Positions 25,501 through 38,199 of a stretch of DNA of 64,000 bases are shown in pieces. Below the pieces are notes generated by a model that worked only from the letters and a program-made list of their open reading frames with translations, was not told the origin of the DNA and did not search any database. This DNA comes from Sphagnum compactum (taxonomy: Eukaryota): positions 5,456,001-5,520,000 of the forward strand of contig OZ234494.1 of the NCBI GenBank assembly GCA_965153455.1, read 5' to 3'. Made by a program: the position numbers and the translations under genes. Numbering within the stretch: the first letter of the stretch is position 1; every line of letters starts with the position of its first letter.

Positions 25501-28500
25501 TGTTTTCTGAGGTTTTCAATGACCAGTTTTCACCCCAAAACATGATGAATTCATCTGATTTTGATAAAAATAACCAAAAAAATTCCAGATTTCTATGTTA
25601 GGTCCCAACAGATAGTCAGCAATATAATAGGATGCTTTCACCTAAATCTTTTGATGGAAGACTACCACTTTGGTACATCACAAACTGAAAAAGCAAACCC
25701 TGATTATCAATGTGATTACCTAGAGTTGGATTGTGTAGTGATGAGTGTTGGTCAGTTAAAGAGTTTTGACCCAGTTATCAACCTGAGTATTGATAACCTA
25801 TCGATCAATTTTTGATAACCGGTTAATAACCTAATTGTTCGGTATTGAATTTTTGAATCTTAATAACCTACCCAGATGATTTAGTTATCATCTAGGTGAA
25901 TTATAAATCTTACAATGCTAGGCATGTTTATGATACAAAGTAGAAATATAGAAGAAAAAAATAATTTAACCCTATATCTTGCTAATAACTAGCAAGATAA
26001 ATGACATTTATTGACCAATTATTTGCTAACCTATCCTTATACATAATCAATCAACAATGGTTATTAGCCAAGAAATATTGATAACCTAGTTGACGATTTG
26101 AATTGATATTGGAAACCTAACCAACACTCAACTTTTTATAAATAGGGTACCCAATTATTATGAAAAAGTAAATAACCAGCAAACACTGGTAGTAACTCCA
26201 CCCACACCAAAAATGTGAGCCTTTACCAATGTCTAGTGTTGGGTGGGTATATTGATATTTAATATATCAGTCAAGTTAGGGTGAATTCCAAAATTCAAAA
26301 AATGTATTGGGTGAGTTAAGGCATATGTAAGCTTCAACTAACCAAGGCTAAGGGTGTGTAGGCTTTGCAAAATTATTGTTTTCAGTAAAGGTGAAAATAA
26401 ATGACAAACATTTACCCTTTTCATTAGAGGTAAATATTTTCCTCATTTACCCTAGATTTGGCATTTGGATATAAATGGATAAATGTCATTAAAATCAAAA
26501 TTACACAAGTATGGCACATCGCGAAGTGGAAAACAACAATTGATTATGCAATTGGCATTGGAAACTACAAATTCTTTTGCCTTGGTGAAGATAAACCTAA
26601 AATACATATTAGGCTGGCAAAATAGCAACAGGGAAAGTCTGAAATTTACCAGTTGGCTAGGGTAATCAAAAGAGTAGCCAAAACAAATTATGCAGTGAGT
26701 AGGGTATATATTTACCCTGATATATACTTGCAGATGTATCCGAGCAAAAGACTTACCTGCCCAACCACTGAAGTCTATCACATCCAAAATAGTAAGTACA
26801 AGAAACAGCTAGTGAAGTAGTACATGTCCTTTTGATTTGCACCATTTGTGGTCATTATTAGAATGGCAAGTGGTGGTGGTGGTGGGGACCAGTTTACACT
26901 CACAACAGTTATTGCTTGTGTCTCTTTTGAGTTAAAGACATTAAGACCTTGCAAGTTTTTTCAAGTGGAGGAGTATCATCATATACAATGCTAATAAAAC
27001 TTCATTTACAAGCTTCAATGCATGGGTTCCTCCCACAATGGCCAAACCATCCAAAGACTTTCCTTTTTCTTCTTTTTATTTTTTTTCCTCATGTGTATAC
27101 TTGTAGATCCATGGTGTTGGTTCATCAAGGCAGCCAATGTTTCTGATAAATCATGTGTGAATAAGTAAGTCAGCTGTTTTGTTTTTGTTTTTTGGACCAC
27201 ACTGGCATTTGGCAGATATCCAAAAAACCTTCTGCATTTACATAGTTGGGCACTTTGTGAAAAGTACTTACACATAAGTACATGATTAACTTCCAAAGAA
27301 TGAGAAGGCAAAAGACCAGTGACTCATAAGTTTGTGTTTGTATCTTGCAATGATATTTTTTCAAATAAAATTAATTAGGAAAAAAATTAAATTAGTGTAA
27401 ATTCAAAAAAAAATTGCTAACTTTTTTGGAATTTTTTTCAGGGTGAGCTTTTGGGTGTTTATTCAATGTTTATCTCCATTTGGCTGAGATTATTACCCAA
27501 TTATTTTTACATCAGTTTCGCTTAACAATTTTCGAGAGTCCAAAAACCTCACTAATTGATGTGAACTTGTGAAATAATGTTATGGAAAGCACCAACCCCA
27601 GCTGGCGGTTATTTTCCAAAAATAAACAATAACCAGCCAACACTACCTAGTCTGGACTCCAGACCACAAATTATTATTATTTCAATGCTAGATTATTTCA
27701 GCAAAAAGTGCTGATTATCAGTAGTAAGACAGTGCATCTTGGCATTTTTGGGCACTCATGGCACTTCCTTTGTTGGTGTGTAAAAAATTTAGCAAAAAGG
27801 AAAGTGATACAAACCACAGATACCACAGTATACATGCTTGTAAAGATTTGAAGCAATACAACTAGATAACCCTTAGAATTTGCTTTCTAAATCAAAGGCA
27901 TTTTGCCGTGTTCCATTCCTATTTGTTGCATGATGCAATACATTCTTCATCAAAGTAATTTCTCTTTTTTTGAAAAGTATATTTCATTCAATTTTGTTCT
28001 ATAACAACTTGTCACATGTCTCTTTCTGAGATTAGGGTGAGAGGTATTATTGTTGTAGGTAAAGCCTGAGGTCATGGAGTTTACGGGAACAAGTAACCAT
28101 GCAAGGCAAAGCCAAACATAGACATGTATTTCAATAAAGCCCATCCCCTAAAGCTTGTGGCCAAGGGCTTTACCATGGGTAAAGACCATAGCTGCAAGGC
28201 AGTGTGGTAGCAAGAAGACAAGCAAGCTTTACAATCTTCGTAAAGCTTGTGGAGAGGGTAGGTGGGTTTTCCAATTCAAGAAATGGAAGAAACTTTTCAT
28301 CCTGTAACATGGTGTCCCGATACACGGTTTTTAAGAAAGCTAGGTCTCTATGTTCCTTTCTTTTGGCTTCCAAAACTTGTACCCCAAATTGAATTTCTAA
28401 GGAGGAACAAAGGATCATTGGACCAATGTTGGTCTGGTACATAGGCATGTGCCTGGTACCAATACTGGTATCAAGGGCCCTTTCAATGTCATATGACCTG

Positions 28501-29144
28501 AGGCCATACTAGGTCTTGTACAGATCCCAACAAATTTGAGTTGTTAAACCAAATCTAAAATTGTTCAAAATCTCTAAGTTGCATTGTATTGAATCCAAGT
28601 CTTTGAGGTATTCAAGAATCATATCTCTAACAAGGGGATGGGTGAGGAACGTCTCAAATGTTTCTTGTTGTAGACCATTGTCTAGACCCTTCATTTGTTC
28701 CATGACGAACAAGGCCATATTCCTTGAAATTTCTGTAATTATCTTTTGAGGTTGTCTTTGATACTGTCGCAAGTTTTTGGGGGCTACACTTGATAGTACT
28801 TCAAGAGCAACAACCTCTTCTACTTTAGTGCATCAACTGTTACTTTTTTCGAGTTTTACACCTCCTAACACATTCTTGAGTGTCATCCTTTCTCTTTTGT
28901 GCATACCAAGCTTCATGCTCGATAATTTGTCCAATTTGCTAAAACTTTTCAAATCCTTCTTTGTTTCTTGGTTCTCTAAACAAAGGTGCCATGATAACAC
29001 CTAGCCAAAACCTGCAATCAAGACACAATGCAAATAACTTCTTCAGTGGTCACTACTAGGTGTAGAATGGAACATTCAATAGGAGTTATAGTAACTATTT
29101 TCCTAGTTTTTTCAAATGGTTAAGATTCACCTAAGGTCCAATGG

Positions 29145-29756
29145 GGTGAAAGCACACTAAGGTGGAGTACTTTTCAGCATATGTGAAGTCCGTACTAGTG
29201 TTAAAATAAAAGTCCATTTTACATTATAGTAGAATAAATTATATTACACAAGCCATATGGCAAGACTAAACAATTTTTTTACTTTTAAACTTTATCAATT
29301 ATAGATTAATTGTTTCAAAAATCTACGTTTAAAAAATGAGAAGTTGAATTATGTATTCAAATGAATAAAGGACTTTATGAAAAAATCCATATTTCATAAT
29401 ATATCTTAATTTATGATTTTAAAAATCTTTAAAAATTGTCTTCCTTTGTATCAATGGCATCACATTACTTTCTATGTTAAGAAAAATCATTCAACTAAGC
29501 ATTTTAGTAGATATAATGAGTCCATAATCATATGATACGGACTGTGACATTGGGTTTCTGGCACTTCAAAAGTCCAATATGTTATGGTAATTCAAAATCT
29601 ATTCATGAAATTCATACAATGTGATTATATCACATGTAATATTATTTTTTTGAGTCCTTTTCACATATTATTCATTTATATTTGCTCCATGGCCCATGAT
29701 TGACAATCCAACAAAGTGTGATAGGATTATGTACTCCACCTTAGTGTGTTTTCACC
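29145..29756. mobile_element. MITE with ~26-bp TIRs
   Basis: GGTGAAAGCACACTAAGGTGGAGTAC / GTACTCCACCTTAGTGTGTTTTCACC; flanked by direct repeat CAATGG; very AT-rich interior. Confidence 0.85.
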
Positions 29757-30766
29757 CAATGGTCACTTCCAGATATAAAATTAAAACATTCAATAGGAGC
29801 AACAGTAACAAATTTGCATGCACTTTGTTGAATTGAAGTTTCAACACATATAAAAAGATAGTGTTCGAGACTCATAGAGGTGTTATGAAGAGCATCGACG
29901 TTTCATTGTCATCTCCATCGTCATTCTCCTCCACAAGATAGTTTACTATCATAAAGGTTTGTCATACCAAATCACTAACCCTATTCCCTTTAGGACTAAC
30001 ACTTGGTAGTTAGCAACATTACATGTTCACAAACTGTAAGCTTTTAAACACCTTCAACGTCCTTCTTGCAAAATTCCTGCGTATGTTTCTAAAACTAGGT
30101 TGAGTTCTACAAAGCTCCCACCTACAAATTTCAAAACCCCCCATGCCTCAAGTCCATTTTCCCAACACCCTCAAACCTCTTGATGCTTATGCAACTCAAA
30201 ACTCTAACCTCTACACCTCTATAAACCTCCCAATGACGATGTAAAACATGCTCAATCCATTTCCAAGCATCCTGAAAGCTCAAAGCTCCCGCGCACCTTC
30301 ACGATGGGCAATGGCAAGGAGCTCATTAAACCCTATCCCCTACCACGAATGGTTACGATTCTTTAGGTCAATATATAAGACTCATGAACCATTGATTTTA
30401 CAATGGACGTTGATTCAAGTTCGTGCATAAATATTCATTCAATTGTTGTGTTTTTCATCCAAAAATAAATAGATTAAACACTCAAAGCATTGGTTACTAT
30501 GTTTAATGAATGATTTTGGGACCTTTGCCATGTATGGTTTAATTTCATCTTTTGCAAGGAATTATTATGATATATTTGTACTATATTTGTGAAAACAAAA
30601 TCAATATATCTAATTAGTTTAAGTGTAAACCCAAAAAATGTAAAGTATCAAACATTGGTTACACTTCTTGTGGTACATGTTACCTTGACTGCACCCTTGT
30701 ACTTCGAGATTTGTTGAGGTTGTCACCAAGGTAAAGATGTGGAAACCAAGGAGGAAGAAGGACCTA

Positions 30767-32900
30767 AACTACAAGAAATCACAACTTTTTTAAAATGTTA
30801 ATTTGACCGAAGTGTTCATTTTGATTAGAAATGATGTCCATCTTGATTAATGGGTGGGGCATGATACACACATGTTATATTTTACTAATATATTCAACTA
30901 AAGTGACCTTTTTGATAGGTTTTAATTGGACATTTAGTCAAAAGGGATAAACAAAATAATAAGGTTCATCAAGATGACCATGGTTTAGTCAAATTGGACA
31001 TATTAATTTAATATTAGTTAGGTAGGCTTAGGCCAAGGCTACCTACATACCTAGCATACCTAATTAACTGGCCTATTATAACTAACTTACTAATCTATTA
31101 ATTAAGTCTAGGTTACCTATTTAGATAATTAATAGTCTATTAATAAGACCTAGGTACCTACTACCCACCTAACTTAATAAGTTATAGCTAGGTAGCCAAG
31201 TTGAATCTCTTTACAAGGTATGTAATTTTCTAAAGGCTAGTTAGCTCTAGTTTAGTTAACTAGGTCTAATCTACCTAACTTATCAACCTACTTGCCTACC
31301 TACCCATTCTCCCTACCCTACTTACCTAAGATTTACCTATTGGGTCAAAGCATGAATGGGGTACCCCCTCAAGAACACGAAGGACTCACTCTTAAGTATT
31401 CAAATTCACCTTTTTTCTTTTTTTTCTTATGACCTATTTTAGATTTTCCCTATTTTTTTCATGTCAAATTAAATAATTTTGTTCCAAATTTTACATAAAC
31501 ATCTAGAATATCTATTGTTTTCACTCATGAAAGTAAGAATAGTAAAATTTATCCAATGTGGGCCATGTTCTATCAATGGTCCAAAATTCTCAAAATTTTC
31601 ATTGTTTGAAACTTTTTGCATTGCAATAAGGCACTTGGTTTTTATTACACATACATTTTATGTACATTAGTACCTAAGGTGTTTGTGGTAAGAATCTTGG
31701 CCAAAAGAATTGTTTAAACATTCCTTATGAGCCTTTGAACCTTTTTTTTTTCTCTTGAAACAAAGTTTTGGATATTTTCCAAAACTTGGTAGGAATCTGG
31801 AAACATGTTCAAATTTGACATGTTATGCATATATCAATACCTTAGTAATGTATCTATCCATTAAAAAAAAATCAAACTTTCAATACGAATGTGCCATTAA
31901 GTTACAACATGTTTCAAGTGAAGGGGTCCACTCGATATGAAAGAAGACAGTCCTTTTTGGTACCCTAATCGTGCTTTGACCCTACTTACTTTACTTACAT
32001 ACCTACTTTAACAACTAGCCAACCTACCTACCTACTTACCTATCTATACCTACTAAATTAATTTAACAACCTCCCTATTTCCCTACTTACATACCCTAAC
32101 AATCTATTTACATACCTACCTACATACCTACCCACCTATTTACTTACCCTACCTATCTACCTACCTACCTACAACTACCTTGATTTGTTTAATCACATGA
32201 TGAATGAAATTGGAATTAGAAGACTCATTATTTTCATTATTTAAATTTTGTTTTAAGAACTTTATTTTAGCATTTATAAAATATATTGATTTCATTCAAT
32301 AAATTTTTGAATAAAATTCAACATTATGTTTTTATTTGCTTCATTTGACCAAGATTTGAAACAAAAAAAAATGTCAACTTTGGGATTTTTTGACGACTTC
32401 ATAGTTAAGAAAATAAAACAAAAACTTACCAAACCTTTACCAACAAAAGGTGGTGTTGCTTGATGGCAAGGGCATTGGGATGCCTCCATGAGGTCTTGGG
32501 TTTAAATTTGAGCAAATCATGTGTATGAAATTTGTATGTGGTCATGTAATATACATTGTACATGTACATTGTAGATGTATGGTTGTAGATAGGGTATAAG
32601 TAAATATATGCCTATTTACCTTTTGCAACATATGATGCCACATCACTCTCAAAGATGTAATATAATGATGACACATGGCATAAATCAAACCATAAATAAT
32701 GATGACTCAATTGACTAATGATCAAATTGACAATTAGTCATTTTGACTAGTCAAAATGTCCCATAACCCCATGGTCAAAAAGATTTTGTCAAAATCAACT
32801 TGTCCAAAATAGCAATTTGATCAAATTGGACAAAGGGGTAAACATTAGAAGGAATTTGCAAATAAACAACTAGATTTACAACTAATTTTTAGTCGTAATT
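30767..32900. mobile_element. Degenerate non-autonomous CACTA-like element, related to 33626-35817 in inverted orientation
   Basis: Starts AACTACAAGAAAT (CACTA-like TIR). CCTAC/TAGG low-complexity interior. 32790-32850 is the reverse complement of ~33690-33745. Right end unclear. Confidence 0.55.
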
Positions 32901-32919
32901 ACCATATGCAACTTACTAA

Positions 32920-35900
32920 AAGGCCTAGTCACCTTGGACAAGTCATATAAATAAGCAAAATCAGGCCTTGTGCACACCATAACATGCATGATGATTCCAA
33001 CAATAGTTTTGATTAGAATGTCCTTCATGGCAATTTCATCTTCAATAGTAATTGGGGCCATACTTTTGTTCAGTTTAAAACTTGCTTGAAATGGAGGAGT
33101 CACAAGATGGCACGAATCATTTTAAATCGGGCCAATATGTCATTGAAATATTTTTCTTGGGACAAATGGATCTTCTTAAATTTTTTTGTTTAACTTGGAT
33201 ACCAAGACAATAGGCAATTTCACCACTATTAGTCATCTCAAATTCCTTAGACAATAATTCTTTGGTGTAAACTAATAAGGCTAAATGATTGTTCATTAGG
33301 ATAGTGTCATCAACATACAACCCTATGATAATTATCATAAAATGCCATTGTTAAATTTGAAGATGTACCCCCTAGTATTATTTGTTGGACATTTTTTAGC
33401 ATTACATAATTGATCAAAAATCAAATTAGGTTGATTACCCGCTGAACTTATAAAACCTCTATATGATTTTGGTAAGGGACATAATAATTGAAGTGTGATT
33501 TCTTTAATGGAATATATAACTTCTGCTTCTATTAATTGATTTCTTAAAATTAAAAAAATCCAAGAAAGATGTGATATTTTCATCATCTTTCATTTCCAAC
33601 TTGGAAACTTTTTTTTAAGATAACACACTACAAAAAATCCTGGCTTTTTTGACTAGGAATTTCAGTAAAAAAACCCTCCCTATGGTCTTTTTGCCCCCAT
33701 GTCCAACTTGAACAAAGTGCCATTTTGGACAAGTTGATTTCAACCCAACCATTTTGACTTGGTCTTTTTAATCAAGTTTTTTTTTACTAGGTTTTTTTTA
33801 CTAAACCATTGTGACAATAATATAACTTGGGCAGCAATTAAAAATATATATTATTTAAATTATTTTACTTAAAATTAATATGAAAATATTAATTAATTAC
33901 CTTACCCTACCCTACATACCAACTTAATTAATAAACCTGATAATTAATGCCAAAAATAATTTATTATTTACCTACCAACCCTATGTTTTAGGCTTAGGCT
34001 AGGACACCTAACCTAGCCACCTAGGTTTGACCAAGCCCCTTAAACTAGGCCAAGCCCCCTAAGCTAAGCCAAGTCACCCAGGCTAGGTGGTTTAGTAGGC
34101 TTTGCAATTTAGGCTACTTAATTAGGTCACTTAAGTAGCCAATGTCACGTAGGTTGTATGTGTGGGGACTTGAATTCTTCACCTCCACATTGAGGAATCA
34201 AGTCCTTAACCATTGCACCACCACCCCATAGTGTGATTTGTTTTTGACAACATATTGTAATCAACTTCCATGAATTTTTTTTCAACATATTGCATTACAT
34301 GAACTTGAACTTTTACACTACTTACATAAATAGGTAGGTTATAAACAGGTTAGCAGGTAGGTAGGAGGTATTTATTAATAAATGCATGTACTTAAGTAAC
34401 ATGTAGGTTATAGTTTATTCAACTTCATAGGTACTTACTAGGTCTATGTTTATACCTACCTACGCTTATGTTATTTAATAGGTTATGTAGGGTTTAGGGT
34501 TTAGGCCTATAATTAATAGATCTAGCCTAGGCATACTAGGTAGGTAGCCTAGCCTATTAAGTAGGTCTAGTCTTAAGTTATCGACTTAATACTAGGTTAG
34601 GCTACTTATCTAGCAGCCTAAGTGGCCTTGCCTAGGTTAGCTACATACCTACTTAATAAGCTTACGTGGCCTCAGTAACTTAAGTTAGGCTACGTAGTTA
34701 CTTAGTAGGCCTATGTTAGGCTACCTAGGTAGCCTAGGTTAGGTTACATACTTATTTCATAGGCCTAGGTTAAGCTAACCTAGGTTATCTAGGTTAGGCT
34801 ACATACCTATCTAATAGGTTTAAGTAGCCTACGTTAAGTTATGTACCTACTTAGGTAGTCTAGGTTAGGCTATGTACCTATCTAGGTAGCCAAGGTTAGG
34901 CTATGTACCTACCTAATAAGCCTAGGTGGCTAAAGTTAAGCATAGGTGGCTTAAGCTAGGCTACATACATACTTAGTAGGCCTGAATGGCCTAAGCTGAG
35001 CTACCTACCTTGTAGGCCTAGGTGGCCTACGCTATATAGTAGCTACTAGTAAACTTCGATAACCTAGGTTAAGTTACCTTATACTTAGTAAACCTAGGTG
35101 GTTTAACTACTTACCTAGCTAGTAGGATAAACTACCTACCTACTAAACCTAGGTGGCCTATGTTATTCACCTAGTGGGCCTAGGCTAATAGGCTACCTAC
35201 ATGGGTAATAGGTCTACCTAATAAGCCTAGGTCACCTAAGATACCTACCTAGAAAACTTACACTACTTAGTTATAGGCTACTTAGTAGTCCTAGGCTATG
35301 TCCTAGGTAACCTACTAGATACGTCTAAGCTAAGCTATTTAGCTAGGCTACTAGTTAGGTTAATACTTAACAAATATCCTACTAATTTATTAAATATGTT
35401 AGGTTAGATGGATAGTCTAGGCCTAACCTAACCTACTAATTATGTTAGGTTAGGTAGGTAGCCTAGGCTTAACAAATAGGCTAAATCAGCAAATGAATAT
35501 GGTTCATTTGACTAAATGTTAAATCATAATGGTCAATTAAGTTAAGGGTCAAATCAAGATGGTCAATTTGACTAAACCCTATCCATTCAATAGGGCCAAT
35601 TTGACTAAGCCACGGCCATTTTGATGGACATTTGTCCATTTTGACCAAATCTTCGGCTTGACGCTTGGTTAAAATGGTCACTTTAGTCAAATGTTCTAAT
35701 CAAATGTAGCATGTGTTTTTCATGCCCCAAACCTTTAGTCAAAATGGACATACCTTTTGGTCAATGTGGACATTTCGGTTAGGTTGGCCTTTTGAAAAGT
35801 TGCATTTTCTTGTAGTGACAATTGTTACTTTGTCCAAATGTTCATACATTAACATTAATTTAAGGACATCCCACACTACCTTAACAATTTTATGTGGTTT

Positions 35901-36100
35901 GATTGCCTTTATCTAAGCATCCCCTAAATTGAAAAAACTATTGAAAACGTAGCCTTATTATCTCTTAACTTCCATGGCTTTTGTGTGGCAGGACCTGTAG
36001 CACTAAAATCAAGTTTTGTGCCATCAATTAAAGGTATTACATCAATCCTCATTAAAATCATTTTTAATACTTGAAATTGAGTAAGTACTCCCAATCAATT
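32920..36100 (-). mobile_element. Decayed, internally deleted Ty1/Copia element (gag fragment plus RT fragment), interrupted by a CACTA insertion
   Basis: RT motifs IIGLYVDD...KEFEMTNSGEIAYCLGIQV and VMVCTRPDFAY (32920-33340). Gag-like VVWDVLK..YEH..LEMKDDENITSFL is split across 33625/35818. Frameshifts and stops present. Confidence 0.8.
33626..35817. mobile_element. Non-autonomous CACTA (En/Spm) element
   Basis: TIR CACTACAAAAAAT / ATTTTCTTGTAGTG; 3-bp TSD ACA on both sides; interior of CCTAGG/TAGGCTA low-complexity repeats. Confidence 0.9.
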
Positions 36101-37127
36101 TTTCAATTTTGTAATCACTTTGATTGATTTGTGATAATATTGACATTGTTGCTCTTAACTTGAATATCAATTAGATTTCTCCTCTTTTTAATATCATCAA
36201 AGATTTATCAACAACATGTTCAATGTGACAAGAAATTGTTTCTTTCAACATTGTTATCAATTTTCTATTGTGTCAAATTTATAATTGATTTTGATTTTTG
36301 ACATTGAATCATGTATGAATTCAAGAAAATCACTATGCTAGAATTTAACAAAAGAGATTTTCTTTTTTTACATACTTCTTCTCTTTGAACTTTTTTTTAA
36401 TGATTAACTAGGTTCTAAAACCATATTAAGATATTATTCAACCTGATCAAACCAAAAAGTTACAATAACACAATTGAATGTTATAGACTTATGTTTTCAA
36501 AAGTGAGGATTTAAAAGTCAAGGAACCAAATATCAGAATTAGTGACAACTTTGTGAATATAGGAGGGGATGAAATAATGAAGTGAAGCTTCATCCATCTA
36601 ATTTTCCTACACAAATATTGAAAATTTTCAAACAATTGTAGGTTCATTGATTTTTAATTTTTGAAGAACCACCCAACATTTGCCCCCAAACACACCCACA
36701 AATTTAGAGAGATGGAAGGGTGGTGGATAGGAAATACCATTTCATCAAGTTGCAATGCCCTTGCTAACTATGGTGGTTAGGTTCAATTTTTAATTTCATT
36801 ACCTATCATGCAAAAACGTTGTGAAAATCTTTCATAATAATGACATGGCTGAAGTTCAAACATGGGACCTCTAAAAATAGTATAATGTGACAACAATTTT
36901 GGCCCCCCCCCCCCATAGTATGCTTTCACTTGTTAATAATCCATTAGTCCTTACTAGTGTTGGTTTGGTATATAGGGATTTGGTGGGTATGTAACTGGGT
37001 ATTGCACATCCTAGTATGTAAAACCAAAACTAGCTAGTATTAGTTGATGGAAAACCTAGGAGATACCTAATTCACCTATTTTCCTTCACCAAACTACCAT
37101 TGCACATAATCATACCCAAAGTTTTCC

Positions 37128-37281
37128 CACTACAACAAAAGGTGTCCCTATATGCCAAGTGATTTCACTGGATTTTGAGTGAATTCATTGGTTCTAATGA
37201 ACGAGGACCAGTGAAGAAGCAACGAATTCATTGGTCTAGTGAACGAGGACTAGTGAACTACACCCACATTTTGTAGTAGTG
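37128..37281. mobile_element. Miniature CACTA element (154 bp)
   Basis: TIR CACTACAACAAAA / TTTTGTAGTAGTG; 3-bp TSD TCC; internal repeat GAATTCATTGGT..TGAACGAGGAC.AGTGAA x2. Confidence 0.85.
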
Positions 37282-38199
37282 TCCTCTCTTATAAACTCCT
37301 ATTCATATATCATCTATGAATGTTTTTGGAGCTTTTGGGCATACATATGTCAAGTTTATTAAAGTTTACATGTTGTGTTTAGGGTTTTGTAGTTGTGCAA
37401 AGATTTGAAAATAAATGTCATGCATTTTACAACAAAACAATATTTCCAAGATTGATGTTTTTTATATTAACTTTGTTTTTTTGCTTCAATGGTAGTGTTC
37501 TTTCAAGTGTAATTCCAATGTAACTTGCAAGGCCTAGAGGTAATGTGTATTGTGTTTCCTTCTTTTATTACTATTGTAATTAATTTGATCTATTACTTGA
37601 AGTTTGATCGTTTTGTTTGAAGTGTGTGAACAAATTCAATTGAACTTGCTTGTGTGGTGAGAACATTGGAATATTGGCCTTCAATCCTTTGTAATTGTTA
37701 TATAATCACTTGAATCTTGGTAGGTCAAGTATGTTGTTGTAATGTTAGAAATTACGAACTTTGATATTGTGTAAGAAGAGGTATTAGACGTAGGGGAAGA
37801 TTCTATTTTGAAATCTAGAAAAATTATAGTCGATGACCTTGAGGTTGAATAACAAGCTTTATGGAAGCAAATATTGGTGTTGTTTTATGATATCCGAATT
37901 TGTTGGTTCCTACACCATCACAAGTCAACTACTTGGGTTTTTTTTGTCATGAAAGATCTTGGAGTTGATCTGCAAGTTATTAGAGACATGTGGTGTGCCA
38001 TACACCATCGAGATGGAGGAGCTCAAAGTTATGAAAGTTCTGGTGACACAAGAGATTTTTAAAAATTCATTACTTAAACAACCTAGAGCATGGCATCAAC
38101 ATCATGATGGAACTTGTGGTTGAAAATGAGCATGGACCTAATTTAGCAAAATAAAAATTAAAGAAGTTGCAAAAGGGTGCGTGGGTGCTCATACAAAAG

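Larger units (their letters stand above)
17040..27850 (+). repeat. Segmental duplication copy B (paralogous to ~95-9730)
   Basis: Same collinear anchors as copy A. Visible homology stops at ~27850, where the TE-rich region starts. Confidence 0.9.
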
